Shown one piece after another: positions 7,592 to 19,092 of a stretch of 64,000 nt of DNA. A program made the translations under genes and the position numbers. Under the pieces are notes generated by a model. The model saw only the letters and a program-made list of their open reading frames with translations. It ran no database searches and was not told where the DNA came from. Source of the stretch: Phormidesmis sp. (lineage in GTDB: Bacteria; Cyanobacteriota; Cyanobacteriia; Leptolyngbyales; Leptolyngbyaceae); assembly GCA_965248535.1 (NCBI GenBank), contig CBDFJR010000002.1:1024001-1088000 (forward strand), given 5' to 3'. The first letter of the stretch is position 1. Each line of letters begins with the position of its first letter.

Positions 7592-8674
7592 TTATCCGTG
7601 GATGGAAGGCGCAGAGAGTGCGACAGGTGCAGCATCTCCCGATGCCAAATCTAGAGGGAAGTTGTGAGCGTTCCGCTCGTGCATCACTTCCATCCCCAAG
7701 TTGGCACGGTTGATCACATCCGCCCAGGTGCTCACCACTCGACCCTGAGAGTCGATGATGCTCTGGTTGAAGTTGAACCCGTTCAGGTTGAATGCCATCG
7801 TGCTCACGCCCAGTGCCGTGAACCAGATGCCTACGACTGGCCATGCGCCGAGGAGGAAGTGCAGGGAACGTGAGTTGTTGAACGAGGCGTATTGGAAGAT
7901 CAACCGACCGAAGTAGCCGTGCGCTGCCACGATGTTGTAGGTCTCTTCCTCTTGCCCAAACTTGTAGCCTGCATTCTGCGATTCGTTCTCGGTCGTCTCT
8001 CTCACTAGCGAGGAGGTCACCAATGAACCGTGCATGGCACTGAATAAGCTACCACCGAAGACTCCAGCGACTCCCAACATGTGGAAGGGGTGCATCAAGA
8101 TGTTGTGCTCGGCTTGAAACACTAACATGAAGTTGAACGTGCCACTGATGCCGAGGGGCATGCCGTCCGAGAAAGACCCTTGTCCGATCGGGTAGATCAA
8201 AAAGACCGCCGTTGCAGCCGCCACAGGTGCGGAGTAAGCGACGCAGATCCACGGACGCATCCCGAGTCGGTAGGAGAGTTCCCACTCACGTCCCATGTAG
8301 CAGAAGATGCCGAGTAGGAAGTGCAGAACCACGAGTTGGTAAGGTCCGCCGTTGTACAGCCACTCGTCTAAGGATGCGGCTTCCCAAATCGGGTAGAAGT
8401 GTAAGCCAATGGCGTTAGAGGACGGAACCACAGCACCGGAGATGATGTTGTTGCCGTACATTAAGGAACCGGCTACTGGCTCGCGGATGCCGTCGATGTC
8501 TACAGGAGGCGCTGCGATGAACGCGATGATGAAGCAGATGGTCGCAGAAAGTAGGGTGGGAATCATCAGAACCCCGAACCAGCCTACATACAGGCGGTTG
8601 TCGGTGCTGGTGACCCAAGAGCAAAACTGCTCCCAGAGGTTGGCGCTTTCGCGTCTTTGAATCGTAGTTGTCAT
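7592..8674 (-). CDS. psbA: Photosystem II D1 protein (360 aa, Gln130 form)
   Basis: [10 protein letters not shown]...[13 protein letters not shown]; Mn-cluster ligands are intact; PYQL. Confidence 0.99.
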   Translation of the reverse strand: MTTTIQRRESANLWEQFCSWVTSTDNRLYVGWFGVLMIPTLLSATICFIIAFIAAPPVDIDGIREPVAGSLMYGNNIISGAVVPSSNAIGLHFYPIWEAASLDEWLYNGGPYQLVVLHFLLGIFCYMGREWELSYRLGMRPWICVAYSAPVAAATAVFLIYPIGQGSFSDGMPLGISGTFNFMLVFQAEHNILMHPFHMLGVAGVFGGSLFSAMHGSLVTSSLVRETTENESQNAGYKFGQEEETYNIVAAHGYFGRLIFQYASFNNSRSLHFLLGAWPVVGIWFTALGVSTMAFNLNGFNFNQSIIDSQGRVVSTWADVINRANLGMEVMHERNAHNFPLDLASGDAAPVALSAPSIHG

Positions 8675-8734
8675 GGTAATAATGAGTGCTTTGGAATGTA
8701 TGGGTGGCAGGGCGGTTTCCCGACCTACCTCTCT

Positions 8735-8763
8735 ACAATAAAGCAATTATTTCTTTTTGTAAA
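8735..8763 (-). promoter_or_regulatory. psbA sigma70-type promoter
   Basis: TTTACA-17 bp-TATTGT on the minus strand. Confidence 0.65.
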
Positions 8764-8887
8764 GCAGCAAATTAAGATTGCTCTCGTATTGTGTGAATTA
8801 ACCGTAACAAAGCCTGATCTCTGGGGTCTGAGATCGGACTTTCTGAGAAGAAGATGAAGTCTCTGTCAGGCTGTTTATAAAAGTTGA

Positions 8888-9907
8888 CTAAAGTTTGAGA
8901 TTGGTTAGAGCTTGTTTAATATCCAGGTTGACAAACCGATCGGCGGCTAGATAAACCCAAGAATAAGAGCGCTGAGTGTCTTGGTAGATGCGCTCAAACC
9001 CCAGCACCCGTCTCAGTTCTTCGTGAATTGGGTGAAGCACGAGCGAGTAGAGGTCGCAAAGCTGAGGAAAGTCAGACTGCATCCGCTTTAAGGTTTCTTG
9101 CGTGTCTTCTAAAAGCTGATAGAGAGTTGCAGGATTAAAAAAGGGAGGGTCGATAATCCAGGCGCGGATGTAAACCGAGGTGCAGTTCTCATCTTTTAGG
9201 GCTGCCATTTTAAAAGGGTCTACCGGGTTGTCAGAGGTGAGATAAAAACTTTTGCTGGGCGGTTGGAAGAAATTAAACTCTGACTCACTGCTGACGGGAA
9301 ACAGAATCATCACGCCAGCCACATTCAGGTTGTCTGTTCGCCGAATGACCCGCATCCCTGCTGGATAGTCTTGGGCCCAAGCTCTCAAGACTCTGGCGAT
9401 TTTGGCAATCACCGATCCGTCTCGAATCAGTTCGGCATAGCTACGGGCATAGAGATAAGCAACCGGAATGGCATCGGTGCGAGGGTTAAAATCGTCCATG
9501 AACAACTCTACTGGCTCTTCAATTTGAAGCAGGGTCAGTTCAGGTAAAGACCGCACTTGCAAACACAGCGTCTGGCCGTCGTATTGCTTCTCTAACAGAC
9601 CTAGGGCAGCTAGGCGATCGATCATCATGCCAGCGGCCCGATCGCTGCCCCGTTCTTGATCTCCATAAAACAATTCTGCTGCCTCTCGGTGAGTGCAGGC
9701 GATCGAGCCTTCGGGCGGTTCTAGACTCATGAGGGGCTGCGGCAAGATTCCTGCTAGCTCTTCTTGTTTTTTAAGCAGCAAATAAGCCCAAAGTCTGACA
9801 AAACACTCTGCTCGACGACGAGTTAACCCGCCTCGTTTTTGAAGCATGGAAGCATAGAGCTTTTGGCGATCGAGCGGGAATAATTTATCTAGGAAACTGG
9901 GGTTCAT
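8888..9907 (-). CDS. Hypothetical protein (339 aa; possible N-terminal HTH-like region)
   Basis: Long ORF with genome-typical HIP1 content, divergent from the LuxR gene. Confidence 0.8.
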   Translation of the reverse strand: MNPSFLDKLFPLDRQKLYASMLQKRGGLTRRRAECFVRLWAYLLLKKQEELAGILPQPLMSLEPPEGSIACTHREAAELFYGDQERGSDRAAGMMIDRLAALGLLEKQYDGQTLCLQVRSLPELTLLQIEEPVELFMDDFNPRTDAIPVAYLYARSYAELIRDGSVIAKIARVLRAWAQDYPAGMRVIRRTDNLNVAGVMILFPVSSESEFNFFQPPSKSFYLTSDNPVDPFKMAALKDENCTSVYIRAWIIDPPFFNPATLYQLLEDTQETLKRMQSDFPQLCDLYSLVLHPIHEELRRVLGFERIYQDTQRSYSWVYLAADRFVNLDIKQALTNLKL

Positions 9908-10411
9908 GGGGCAGACCCATTCTATGAGAGTGGATTTGGAAAAAGACCCGATCGGGTGAAGCGTTTACAAACTAGTCAATCGATAATCCGGTGCATAGGC
10001 TGCTTATTAGCTTTGCGCGAATCGATCGGTCTTAAGAATTTGTTTCACCAAAAAATTCAGTCAAACTGCCGAGAGAGTAGGCTGGGTGCTGTTGTGACAG
10101 GCACTTACTAGTCTAGGTTGGAACTATTAAACTTTCACAAATGTTGAGTCACAGATTTGGCGGTCACCACTGAGCTTTGGGTTTAACTGACCATTGCTCA
10201 CGGTTAACTGCGCGTCTGGGACAGTCGTCCTAGAGTCATATTATTTCCTCTAGATGGAAAACCTCGAAAACTTCATACTACTTCAGGTTGTTTCACCTTC
10301 TTTCAGATTGTTGAGAGTCTCTTCACTATCTTAGACAGCCTTGCAGCCTGCTCATTGCGTGTTCAGAATCACAGGTAGCAATATATCTCCAGTGCCTGAG
10401 GATTTTGCCCC

Positions 10412-11146
10412 ATGACAGCCCGTTTGTTTGCAGTGCCCCCACAGCTTCAGCTATCAGTTCGCGCTCGATCGAAATTTCAATTGTCTAAGCGAGACCTAGA
10501 AGACACGACTTCTCGTGTGGTCTCTGCTCAATGCCCAACGCCTCCTGACACAAAGCATTTAGAAGCAGATATGCCTCTAGAAAGCCTTGAGTCAGATGAG
10601 CTTTGGAGTCATTTGGTCGAGTCAATGCCAGAAGGCGTGATCGTCGTTAGTCAAACTGTACGACCCATCTACACCAACTCAAAAGCGAAGCGGCTTTGTC
10701 AGCAGCTAAACTCAGAAGAAGGGCAGAGTGCCAGTCTTTTAGACGTAGTTGCCGAGGTCTGTCGGCGGTTGCTCAAAGCAGAGCCGCAGCACAAGTTTCT
10801 GATTGCGGAGTATCAGGGGCTTCAGGGACGCAGCGTTCGCTTACGGGCTAGTTGGTTGTCTACTAACACCCCCCGACCTGGCTTGAAAAACAATGAGCCA
10901 CACATTCTAGTTTTGCTAGAGGATTGTTATGAGACGCTGAAGGAAAATCTGTGGATCGATCGTCAAAAATATGACTTGACCGATCGAGAAGCCGAAATCT
11001 GGATGCTGTTGCGCCAGGAATATACCTACCAGGAAATTGCAGAGATTTTGCAGATTAGTCTTAATACTGTCAAGACTCATGTGAAAAACGTCTATGCCAA
11101 GCGCCGAAGCGTAGTCGGGCAGGAAAAAATTTGGTATTCCAACTAA
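10412..11146 (+). CDS. LuxR-family HTH regulator with a PAS-like N-terminal region (start may be 10571)
   Basis: LTDREAEIWMLLRQEYTYQEIAEILQISLNTVKTHVKNVY. Confidence 0.88.
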   Translation: MTARLFAVPPQLQLSVRARSKFQLSKRDLEDTTSRVVSAQCPTPPDTKHLEADMPLESLESDELWSHLVESMPEGVIVVSQTVRPIYTNSKAKRLCQQLNSEEGQSASLLDVVAEVCRRLLKAEPQHKFLIAEYQGLQGRSVRLRASWLSTNTPRPGLKNNEPHILVLLEDCYETLKENLWIDRQKYDLTDREAEIWMLLRQEYTYQEIAEILQISLNTVKTHVKNVYAKRRSVVGQEKIWYSN

Positions 11147-11277
11147 ATTCAGTTGACTGGCTTAGGTCACCCATTCTCGATCAACCATGCTAGAGATTAA
11201 AGAAGACTCTAGATTTTAGACTCTTAGGGTCTTGGGTCTAGAGTTTCGACTTTTTAACCCGTCAACTGGCAAGGTCA

Positions 11278-12261
11278 ATGGGATTTTTTTCACCGATCGT
11301 GACATATAGCCCCGCTTATACCCTGGTTCCCACCTATGAGTGCTTTAACCGATGTGCTTACTGCAACTTTCGAGCCGATCCGGGTACGAGTCCCTGGTTA
11401 ACGCTGGCTGAGGCAGAAAGGGTTCTACATCGTCTAAAAAATCAAGGAGTGATCGAAATTCTGGTCTTGAGTGGGGAAGTTCATCCTCAAAGCGCTCGAC
11501 GATCGGACTGGGTGCAGCATATTTATAATCTTTGTGAACTGGCGCTAACGATGGGATTTTTGCCTCACACCAATGCGGGGCCTCTCAGCTTTGCGGAGAT
11601 GAAAAAGCTGAAGGAAGTCAATGTCTCAATGGGGCTGATGCTAGAGCAACTCACGCCAGAGCTTCTCAAAACCGTTCATCGATATGCACCCAGTAAATTG
11701 CCGGAGGTGAGATCGCAGCAGCTAGCCTGGGCAGGGGCGTTACAAATTCCGTTTACGACCGGGCTGCTGTTGGGCATTGGAGAAACAGAAAGCGATCGCT
11801 GGGAAACGCTAGCCGCGATCGCCCACTTTCAAGAACGCTGGGGCAATATTCAGGAAGTGATTTTGCAGCCCTACAGCCCTGGGCAGACAGAAGCCTGGGG
11901 AGAATCTGCCTTTGAATCAAAGGACTTGCTAGAGATGATTAAAGGGGCCCGCCAAATTTTGCCAGAGACGATCGCCCTACAAATTCCTCCTAATCTTCTG
12001 CAATCAGAGATGTTAATCGAGTGTTTGAGGGCTGGAGCCAATGACTTAGGCGGAATTAGTCCTCACGATGAGGTGAATCCTGATTATCCCCACCCGCGGG
12101 TGGATCAGTTAACGTCCACACTTAAACAGTCTGGGTGGGAGGTGGTGCCCCGGTTGCCGATCTACCCACACTATGATCGATGGCTGCCGTTGCCCTTGCA
12201 AAAAGTGGTGGGCGAGTGGCGATCGCGGCTGGTGCAATCTATCAAACACGAGGAACTCTGA
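11278..12261 (+). CDS. cofG: FO synthase subunit CofG
   Basis: TYECFNRCAYCNF radical SAM motif; PFTTGLLLGIGE; DLGGISPHDEVNPDYPHP. Confidence 0.9.
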   Translation: MGFFSPIVTYSPAYTLVPTYECFNRCAYCNFRADPGTSPWLTLAEAERVLHRLKNQGVIEILVLSGEVHPQSARRSDWVQHIYNLCELALTMGFLPHTNAGPLSFAEMKKLKEVNVSMGLMLEQLTPELLKTVHRYAPSKLPEVRSQQLAWAGALQIPFTTGLLLGIGETESDRWETLAAIAHFQERWGNIQEVILQPYSPGQTEAWGESAFESKDLLEMIKGARQILPETIALQIPPNLLQSEMLIECLRAGANDLGGISPHDEVNPDYPHPRVDQLTSTLKQSGWEVVPRLPIYPHYDRWLPLPLQKVVGEWRSRLVQSIKHEEL

Positions 12262-12288
12262 GAGTAGCTTATTTTGTTTTGAAATTTT

Positions 12289-12916
12289 ATGGTTTTAAGA
12301 AAAAACACCCGGACAGAGTTTGAGTGGTTGCTACAAGCTCGCAATGATTACCCTGACCAAACGGCAGCGATCGATCAGCAAATCCAAGACTTGTTTAGCT
12401 GCACTCAAGCCATTTTTGTTCTGGATATGTCAGGCTTTTCACGGCTGACGCTGCGCCACGGCATCCTGCATTTTTTAGGCATGATTCGCCGCATGAGGGT
12501 GATCAGTGAGCCGATCGTGCTTCAGTTTGAAGGCCGAGTGATTAAGCAAGAAGCCGATAACTTATTTGCGGTGTTTCCCAATGTGATGTCAGCGATCGCT
12601 GCGTCTTTCTCGATCTTAGAAGACCTCGCGGCGGTCAACACTGGCTTGCCAGACGATCAAGATATTCATGTTGGCATTGGCTATGGAGGTGCTAATGGTC
12701 GGAGACAACGACCTCTATGGAAGCGAGATGAATCTGGCCTGTAAACTTGGTGAAGACCTAGCCCGCCGAGGTGAGATTTTGCTGACCCAAGCGGCTTTTC
12801 AGGAAGTTCGGCACCATCCTGGAGTTTGGGAGTCCCTCGATCTATCAATTTCTGGCGTGGCTGCCCACAGAGTCCGATCCTCCTCGGCGTTTCGCAAATC
12901 CGTTAAAGTTCTCTAA
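12289..12916 (+). pseudogene. Class III adenylate/guanylate cyclase domain protein, frameshifted near 12687
   Basis: Frame 1 (IFVLDMSGFS...EADNLF...VGIGYG) continues in another frame as EVLMVGDNDLYGSEMNLACKLGEDLA. Confidence 0.8.
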
Positions 12917-13805
12917 CTTGGGCAGAGTGGGTTACCCCTAAGAACTCTCGCACCTTATGAAGATAGGTTGGGGTATCTTCTAACATAGGAAAGTGCGCCG
13001 TATTCGGCATCAAAAAATATTCAATCCTGTCATTCAGTTCGGCCGCATGGCGACCTAGCGCTGCCGGAATGATCACGTCATGCTCTCCAGAGACCAAAAG
13101 AGTGGGCACGTTGAGTCGAGCAAATTCATCAGGCATGACTTCTGCCGCCTTTTTGCTGACGCAAGTGAAGATCGTTCCTAACGCTGCATCATAGTCTGCC
13201 ATCAGAAAGTCATCTAGAAAAGCGCGACTGATTTCACCCGATAGAGGACGGTGCAAAAACCGCTGCATAAATAGCCGATCCATAAACGGCAGCTTATAAA
13301 GCCAACGCGGCCGATATTTGACCACATAGCCGCCAAATTTGTAGAACGCATTAAAGGCTTTTTCGTCATATTCAAAAATGCCGCTACAGGTGAGAATGGC
13401 TTTTTTGACCCGATCGCCGTGCAAGTTCAAAAAAAACGTTCCCACAGAAGCGCCCATTGAGTGGGCATTGAGATAGATTTGCCCCAGCCCCAGAGCGTCT
13501 AGCAGCCTCGCCAAGTCTTCCGCATAGCTTTCAAGCTCATAGCTGAGGTCTTCTGGGGTGGCGGGAGGTTGAGCAAGCGGCGGGGTTTCTTGACCATTGA
13601 CCCGTGAGCGGCCAAACCCGCGCATGTCGTAGAGTAAGCAATCAAAGGTATCAGAAAGCGCTCTAGCTGTGCTTTCCCAATAGCGCGAAGACCCACCCCA
13701 CCCGTGGACGAATACCATAATCGGTTTCCCCGTAGGCTGAGGTTGTCCTGAGTCTGTCACCCATTCGTAATAGTGCTGAAATCGATTGACCGTTGCGTAT
13801 GCCAT
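12903..13805 (-). CDS. Alpha/beta fold hydrolase
   Basis: HGWGG, AHSMG nucleophile and AHFPMLE motifs. Confidence 0.9.
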   Translation of the reverse strand: MAYATVNRFQHYYEWVTDSGQPQPTGKPIMVFVHGWGGSSRYWESTARALSDTFDCLLYDMRGFGRSRVNGQETPPLAQPPATPEDLSYELESYAEDLARLLDALGLGQIYLNAHSMGASVGTFFLNLHGDRVKKAILTCSGIFEYDEKAFNAFYKFGGYVVKYRPRWLYKLPFMDRLFMQRFLHRPLSGEISRAFLDDFLMADYDAALGTIFTCVSKKAAEVMPDEFARLNVPTLLVSGEHDVIIPAALGRHAAELNDRIEYFLMPNTAHFPMLEDTPTYLHKVREFLGVTHSAQVREL

Positions 13806-13872
13806 GGTGGAGCTTCGAGTTTTAAGGGTTGAGTTTTAACAGGATTTGACCTCCGAAACTCAAGCCTTAATT

Positions 13873-15222
13873 TTAAGCTGATTCAGGCTTCGGCAACGAT
13901 GAAGGATGCACTAAAAGCTCGGCAGTAGAGCGTTTTTCAACCATCTCCCGTGTGATCGAGCAGCGAGTCACATCTTTGCGAGAGGGTAGCTCATACATCA
14001 CGTCTAGCATCAGTTCTTCGACAATGCTGCGAAGCGCTCTGGCTCCAGTCTTGCGACGGTAGGCCTCTTGAGCGATCGCTCTCACTGCGTCTTGTTTAAA
14101 GTCAAGCTGCACGTTGTCCATCTTCAGCAGCTTTTGAAATTGTTTCACTAGAGCATTGCGAGGCTCAGTTAGAATCTCCGCCAGTGCGTCTTCATCTAGC
14201 GGGTCAACGACGGCCATCACTGGAATCCGTCCGATGAACTCTGGAATCATGCCAAACTTCACCAGATCATCGGGTTCGAGATGTTTGAGAATATCAGCCG
14301 TGCGCTTGTCTTTAGAGGGCTGATTGTCGCCGCCTTGAACAAAGCCCATCGATCGCTTGCCGATGCGTTGTTCGATAGACTTATCTAGCCCAACAAACGC
14401 CCCACCGCAAATAAACAAAATATTGCCCGTGTCGATCTGAATGCAGTCTTGATAAGGGTGCTTGCGTCCACCCTGGGGAGGAACGTTGGCGACCGTGCCC
14501 TCCAGCATCTTAAGCAAAGCCTGTTGAACTCCTTCGCCAGAGACATCGCGAGTGATGGAAGGATTTTCACTTTTGCGAGCAATTTTGTCGATCTCGTCAA
14601 TATAGATAATGCCGCGCTGGGCTTCTTCAACATCTAGGTCGGCGACTTGCAGCAGCCGCAGCAGAATGTTCTCTACATCTTCACCGACATACCCTGCCTC
14701 AGTCAGCGTCGTCGCATCAGCCACGGCAAAGGGCACATCTAAGATCTCTGCCAGGGTTTGCGCCAGCAGGGTTTTACCACAACCCGTTGGGCCGATCAGC
14801 AAAATGTTAGACTTCTGTAGCTCTACTGCATCATCAGTAGTTGCCTTTCCGCCGCCACTATTTTTGGTTTGAATGAAGCTGAGGCGCTTGTAGTGGTTAT
14901 AGACCGCGACCGAAAGGACTTTCTTGGCTTCATCTTGCCCAATCACCTGCTCGTCGAGATATTTTTTGATCTCTCGCGGCTTAGGAATCTGGCTTAGGGA
15001 AATGTTGGCAGACCTCACTCGACGCTTTTCGGGGGCTTGCTCTTTGCGGGGCACTGGTTGAGGAACAGCGCTAGAGTCAAACAACTCCTCATCTAAAATT
15101 TCGTTGCACAGGTCTACACACTCATCGCAGATGTAAACGCCTGGCCCCGCAATCAGTTTGCGTACTTGCTCCTGAGACTTGCCACAAAAAGAACATTTTA
15201 GATGGGAGTCGTATTTGGACAT
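13873..15222 (-). CDS. clpX: ATP-dependent Clp protease ATPase subunit
   Basis: C4 zinc finger [23 protein letters not shown]. Confidence 0.98.
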   Translation of the reverse strand: MSKYDSHLKCSFCGKSQEQVRKLIAGPGVYICDECVDLCNEILDEELFDSSAVPQPVPRKEQAPEKRRVRSANISLSQIPKPREIKKYLDEQVIGQDEAKKVLSVAVYNHYKRLSFIQTKNSGGGKATTDDAVELQKSNILLIGPTGCGKTLLAQTLAEILDVPFAVADATTLTEAGYVGEDVENILLRLLQVADLDVEEAQRGIIYIDEIDKIARKSENPSITRDVSGEGVQQALLKMLEGTVANVPPQGGRKHPYQDCIQIDTGNILFICGGAFVGLDKSIEQRIGKRSMGFVQGGDNQPSKDKRTADILKHLEPDDLVKFGMIPEFIGRIPVMAVVDPLDEDALAEILTEPRNALVKQFQKLLKMDNVQLDFKQDAVRAIAQEAYRRKTGARALRSIVEELMLDVMYELPSRKDVTRCSITREMVEKRSTAELLVHPSSLPKPESA

Positions 15223-15231
15223 ACCTTCCTC

Positions 15232-15924
15232 TTAACCTAGTGCGGCGACAGGCACTTCCACTTTGGGAAGATTCTGCCGAGTGATTACCTGATCAATTAA
15301 GCCGTAGTCTTTGGCCTCATGAGCCGACATAAAGAAATCGCGCTCGGTGTCGGCTTCAATCCTTTCAAACGGCTGACCTGTGTGTTCAGCCAATAGCTCA
15401 TTGAGCTTGCGCTTATGATAGAGGATTTCTTTGGCCTGGATCTCAATATCCACCGCTTGCCCTTGAGCACCGCCTAGGGGTTGGTGAATCATGATGCGGG
15501 AGCTAGGCAGAGACATTCGCTTACCGTGGGTGCCACCAGAGAGCAGAAATGCCCCCATGCTGGCAGCTAGACCAAAGCAAATAGTCACTACGTCGCAACG
15601 CACCTGCTGCATTGTGTCATAGATGGCCATGCCTGCGGTGACCGAGCCACCGGGAGAATTAATGTAAATTTGGATGTCTTTTTCAGGATCTTCGGCTTCT
15701 AGGAAGAGCATTTGAGCCACTAACGAGTCTGCTACAGCATCATCGACTTGGGTTCCTAGAAAAACGATGCGCTCGCGCAGGAGGCGAGAGTAAATGTCAA
15801 ATGATCGATCCCCGCGCCCGGACTGCTCAACCACCATCGGAACGACGCTAGTCGGAGTCACAGACAGCACTTCTAAGGGAGTCTGGTTGGTAATGAAATG
15901 GTTGGGAGACTTAGATTGCAGCAT
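15232..15924 (-). CDS. clpP: ATP-dependent Clp protease proteolytic subunit
   Basis: [21 protein letters not shown] and MIHQP motifs. Confidence 0.97.
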   Translation of the reverse strand: MLQSKSPNHFITNQTPLEVLSVTPTSVVPMVVEQSGRGDRSFDIYSRLLRERIVFLGTQVDDAVADSLVAQMLFLEAEDPEKDIQIYINSPGGSVTAGMAIYDTMQQVRCDVVTICFGLAASMGAFLLSGGTHGKRMSLPSSRIMIHQPLGGAQGQAVDIEIQAKEILYHKRKLNELLAEHTGQPFERIEADTERDFFMSAHEAKDYGLIDQVITRQNLPKVEVPVAALG

Positions 15925-16096
15925 AGAGTCAAAGCGTTGCTTGAAGGCACTTTTGATCAAATTGACTGGCGGATTTTCACGCTGGTCATGCACACATTAT
16001 GCCTTAACTCACCTGAGACTGGGGTCGATCCTCTAAAAAGACTTCCCTTGATCGAGAAGCTCAGTCTCAGGGGGGTTTTAAAGTCTAGGTGAGACT

Positions 16097-17518
16097 CTAC
16101 TCAGCTTCGATCGTGGTGGCTTCGACCTCGATCGCGTCGTCTGTCTCAACCTCGATCGCGTCATCTTCGAGAATCTCTTCCTCTTTTTTCAGGGTTCCTT
16201 CAGGTACTAGCTCGATCGTGTTGTGCTCTTCTAGCCAGGTGAGAATTTTTTCTTTGAGCAAGTCTTCAGCGACCGCAGTGCGGAGCCGATCGGAATCGAC
16301 CTCTCGCCCTTCTAGATCGGCCATGACTTCGAGCACCCGATCGTTGACTTCAGACTCGCTGGTAGTGAGTGACTCTCGCTTGGCAACTTCGCCTAGGGCT
16401 AGAGTGCGCTTGATGCGATCGATCGCGTCGGGGCGAGAGCGCTCTTTGAGCATCGGCAGCGTTTCTTGATTGAGCAAGCGCTTGATGTCGATGCCCTGGT
16501 TTTGAAGCTGCATCGCTGTCTGAGTGATCATAAACTCGACTTCGCGCTCTACGAGCGTTTCAGGAAGCTCGACTTCAACTTGAGTCAGCAACCCATCTAG
16601 AATTGCCTGCTCTTTGTTAGCTTTGGTTTTTTGCTCAGCTTCTTCGGTGAATCGCTTTTCTAGAGACTCGCGCAGATCGGCGATCGTTTGATAGTCTCCA
16701 CCGCTAGCATCTTGGGCAAAGTCGTCATCCAGATCGGGCAGTTCTTTGGCTTTTAATTCTTTTAGCGTCATGGTGAAGGTTGCAGGGCGACCCGCCAACT
16801 CTTCTTGAGGATAGTCGTCTGGGAAGTTAACCGACACTTCTTTAGTGTCTCCAGGATTCATCTCGACGATGCCATCGATAAAGCCAGGAATGAATTTTCC
16901 GTCATCTAGCTCGACCTGGAAATCTTGAGCCTGACCACCCGGAACGTCCTGTTCTTCAACGTCTTCACCCGCAGGCATAAAGCGCCCGTGATAGTCAACC
17001 ACCGCCGTATCGCCCTTTTGTGCAGCTCTGCCCTCAACCGGGACGAGCGTCGCCATCTGAGTCTGATAGTTGCCGAGGACTGTATCGACTTTGCCAGCTT
17101 CAGGCTCGACTGCTTCGGCTTGGACGCTTAAACCTGTGTATTGTTTCAGATCGACTTCTGGTTGAATATCCACTGCCGCCGAGAACGTGAGCGGATTGCC
17201 TGGCTCAAACTGAGTCACCAACTCCTCGAACGATGAGCGCAGTTGAAAGTTGCCGATCGCTTCAATTTTTTCCTGCTCTAGTGCTGCCTTGAGAGCCTTG
17301 TCTACAAGGTCTTCAACCGCTGCCGCTTTGATGCGAGTCGGGCCAAAGCGCTGAATCAGCACTTGACGAGGCACTTTTCCCTTGCGAAACCCAGGAATAT
17401 TGGTGGAGCGGGTGAAATCTTGTAGCACTCGCTCATAAGCCTGTTTAGACATCTCTGGCGTGATTTCAATTTCCAGACCAACCTGGCTGGCGGGAAGTTT
17501 TTCCTGGGTAACTTTCAT
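16097..17518 (-). CDS. tig: Trigger factor
   Basis: IPGFRKGKVP signature; tig-clpP-clpX gene order. Confidence 0.97.
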   Translation of the reverse strand: MKVTQEKLPASQVGLEIEITPEMSKQAYERVLQDFTRSTNIPGFRKGKVPRQVLIQRFGPTRIKAAAVEDLVDKALKAALEQEKIEAIGNFQLRSSFEELVTQFEPGNPLTFSAAVDIQPEVDLKQYTGLSVQAEAVEPEAGKVDTVLGNYQTQMATLVPVEGRAAQKGDTAVVDYHGRFMPAGEDVEEQDVPGGQAQDFQVELDDGKFIPGFIDGIVEMNPGDTKEVSVNFPDDYPQEELAGRPATFTMTLKELKAKELPDLDDDFAQDASGGDYQTIADLRESLEKRFTEEAEQKTKANKEQAILDGLLTQVEVELPETLVEREVEFMITQTAMQLQNQGIDIKRLLNQETLPMLKERSRPDAIDRIKRTLALGEVAKRESLTTSESEVNDRVLEVMADLEGREVDSDRLRTAVAEDLLKEKILTWLEEHNTIELVPEGTLKKEEEILEDDAIEVETDDAIEVEATTIEAE

Positions 17519-17996
17519 GGGCGTATGAGTTGCAAACGATATGGGGTTGGGTGAGCGGGGCGAAGTCTAACGATCGTCGCTAAATCTTCTTCTCTCCAAA
17601 AATCTTCTGAGTTGAAAGGATCGAAATTCAACCCCCTGATTAAGAGACTTTGGGCACCGTTGACACCACCGCAGTTAGCCATAGTAACCGATTCTCGACC
17701 TGCTTAACTCAATTCTGTGGTTGAATCTTAAGAATCTGCTTAAGATAAATTGCGCGATCGAGTCCGCTTGAAAGGGTGAGCATTTTTAAGAAAATTAACG
17801 TCAATCTTTGGCAGAACTTTCCAAAATCACGATAGTCTCTAGGTGAAATCTCGAATTTGCTACTAGACCTTGCCAAGAGTTAGCAGCGATCGCCTGAGCG
17901 CGACTGAGATCTTCTATGTAAAGCTGCTTTTACATAAAACTGTACTAGTAAAGGTTTATTCTTAATTCAGAAAATAGCGTTTGGAGGAAACAAACT

Positions 17997-19037
17997 TTGG
18001 GTCAATCCTATCGAGTCGCCATTTTGGGGGCAACGGGTGCTGTGGGCACAGAACTGCTGGAGCTTTTGGAGAGCCGCCACTTTCCATTGGCCGATCTGAA
18101 GCTGCTGGCTTCTCCCCGATCGGCCGGAACGACCCTAGAGTTTCGAGGGGAAACACTGACGGTGGAAGCGGTTGAAGCTCACTCTTTTGATGGGGTTGAT
18201 ATTGTGCTGGCCTCGGCAGGCGGTTCTATTTCTAAAGCTTGGGCGAAGGCGGCGATCGCCGCTGGGGCAGTGATGATCGACAACTCCAGCGCCTTCCGCA
18301 TGGATGCTAACGTGCCGCTAATTGTGCCAGAAGTCAATCCTCAAGCCGCCGCCAGCCATCAGGGCTTGATCGCTAACCCCAACTGCACGACGATTTTAAT
18401 GTCGGTGGCGGTTTATCCCCTTCACCAGGTTCAGCCCATCCAGCGAATTGTTGCCTCAACTTACCAGTCAGCAAGTGGGGCGGGGGCACGAGCGATGGAA
18501 GAGGTCAAAATTCAAGCGCAGGCCATTCTCAACGGGCAAACGCCCCAACCAGAGATTTTTCCCTATCCGCTAGCCTTCAATCTGTTTCCCCACAACTCCC
18601 CGCTCAATGAGCAAGGCTATTGTGAAGAAGAAATGAAAATGGTCAACGAGACCCGCAAGATTTTTGGGGTCGATGACCTAAGAATTACGGCAACTTGTGT
18701 ACGGGTTCCCGTGCTACGCGCCCACTCAGAATCGATTAACCTAGAGTTTGAGAGTCCGTTTGACGTGGCAAAAGCTAGAGAGATTCTCAGCGCTGCGCCT
18801 GGGGTGAAGCTGGTTGAAGACTGGCAGGCAAATTACTTCCCGATGCCGATCGACGCAAGCGGCAAAGACGAGGTTCTGGTTGGCAGAATTCGTCAAGACC
18901 TTTCAAACCCCAATGGGCTAGAGTTATGGCTCTGCGGCGATCAAATCCGCAAAGGAGCCGCTCTCAACGCTATTCAGATTGCAGAACTACTGGTTGAGAA
19001 AAACCTATTAAAGCCTCAGATGGCAGCAACCGTTTAG
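17997..19037 (+). CDS. asd: Aspartate-semialdehyde dehydrogenase
   Basis: GATGAVG, NPNCTT and RKGAALN motifs. Confidence 0.97.
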   Translation: MGQSYRVAILGATGAVGTELLELLESRHFPLADLKLLASPRSAGTTLEFRGETLTVEAVEAHSFDGVDIVLASAGGSISKAWAKAAIAAGAVMIDNSSAFRMDANVPLIVPEVNPQAAASHQGLIANPNCTTILMSVAVYPLHQVQPIQRIVASTYQSASGAGARAMEEVKIQAQAILNGQTPQPEIFPYPLAFNLFPHNSPLNEQGYCEEEMKMVNETRKIFGVDDLRITATCVRVPVLRAHSESINLEFESPFDVAKAREILSAAPGVKLVEDWQANYFPMPIDASGKDEVLVGRIRQDLSNPNGLELWLCGDQIRKGAALNAIQIAELLVEKNLLKPQMAATV

Positions 19038-19092
19038 AGTCTTGTCGAGACGCAGTACAAGACCGAAGATCTTTAAGGAGTGATAACCGAGT

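Noticed and set aside
7592..8746. N-terminally extended or atypical (rogue/far-red) D1
   Set aside because: The standard start at 8674 gives 360 aa with all Mn ligands present, and the extension overlaps the promoter.
16003..16030. TPP riboswitch-like words (CCTTAAC..ACCTGAGACTGG)
   Set aside because: The rest of the aptamer is absent, it is antisense to tig-clpP, and it forms part of a simple inverted repeat.
17916..17937. NtcA site upstream of asd
   Set aside because: The palindrome TATGTAAAGC..GCTTTTACATA has GTA-N10-TAC spacing, not N8.
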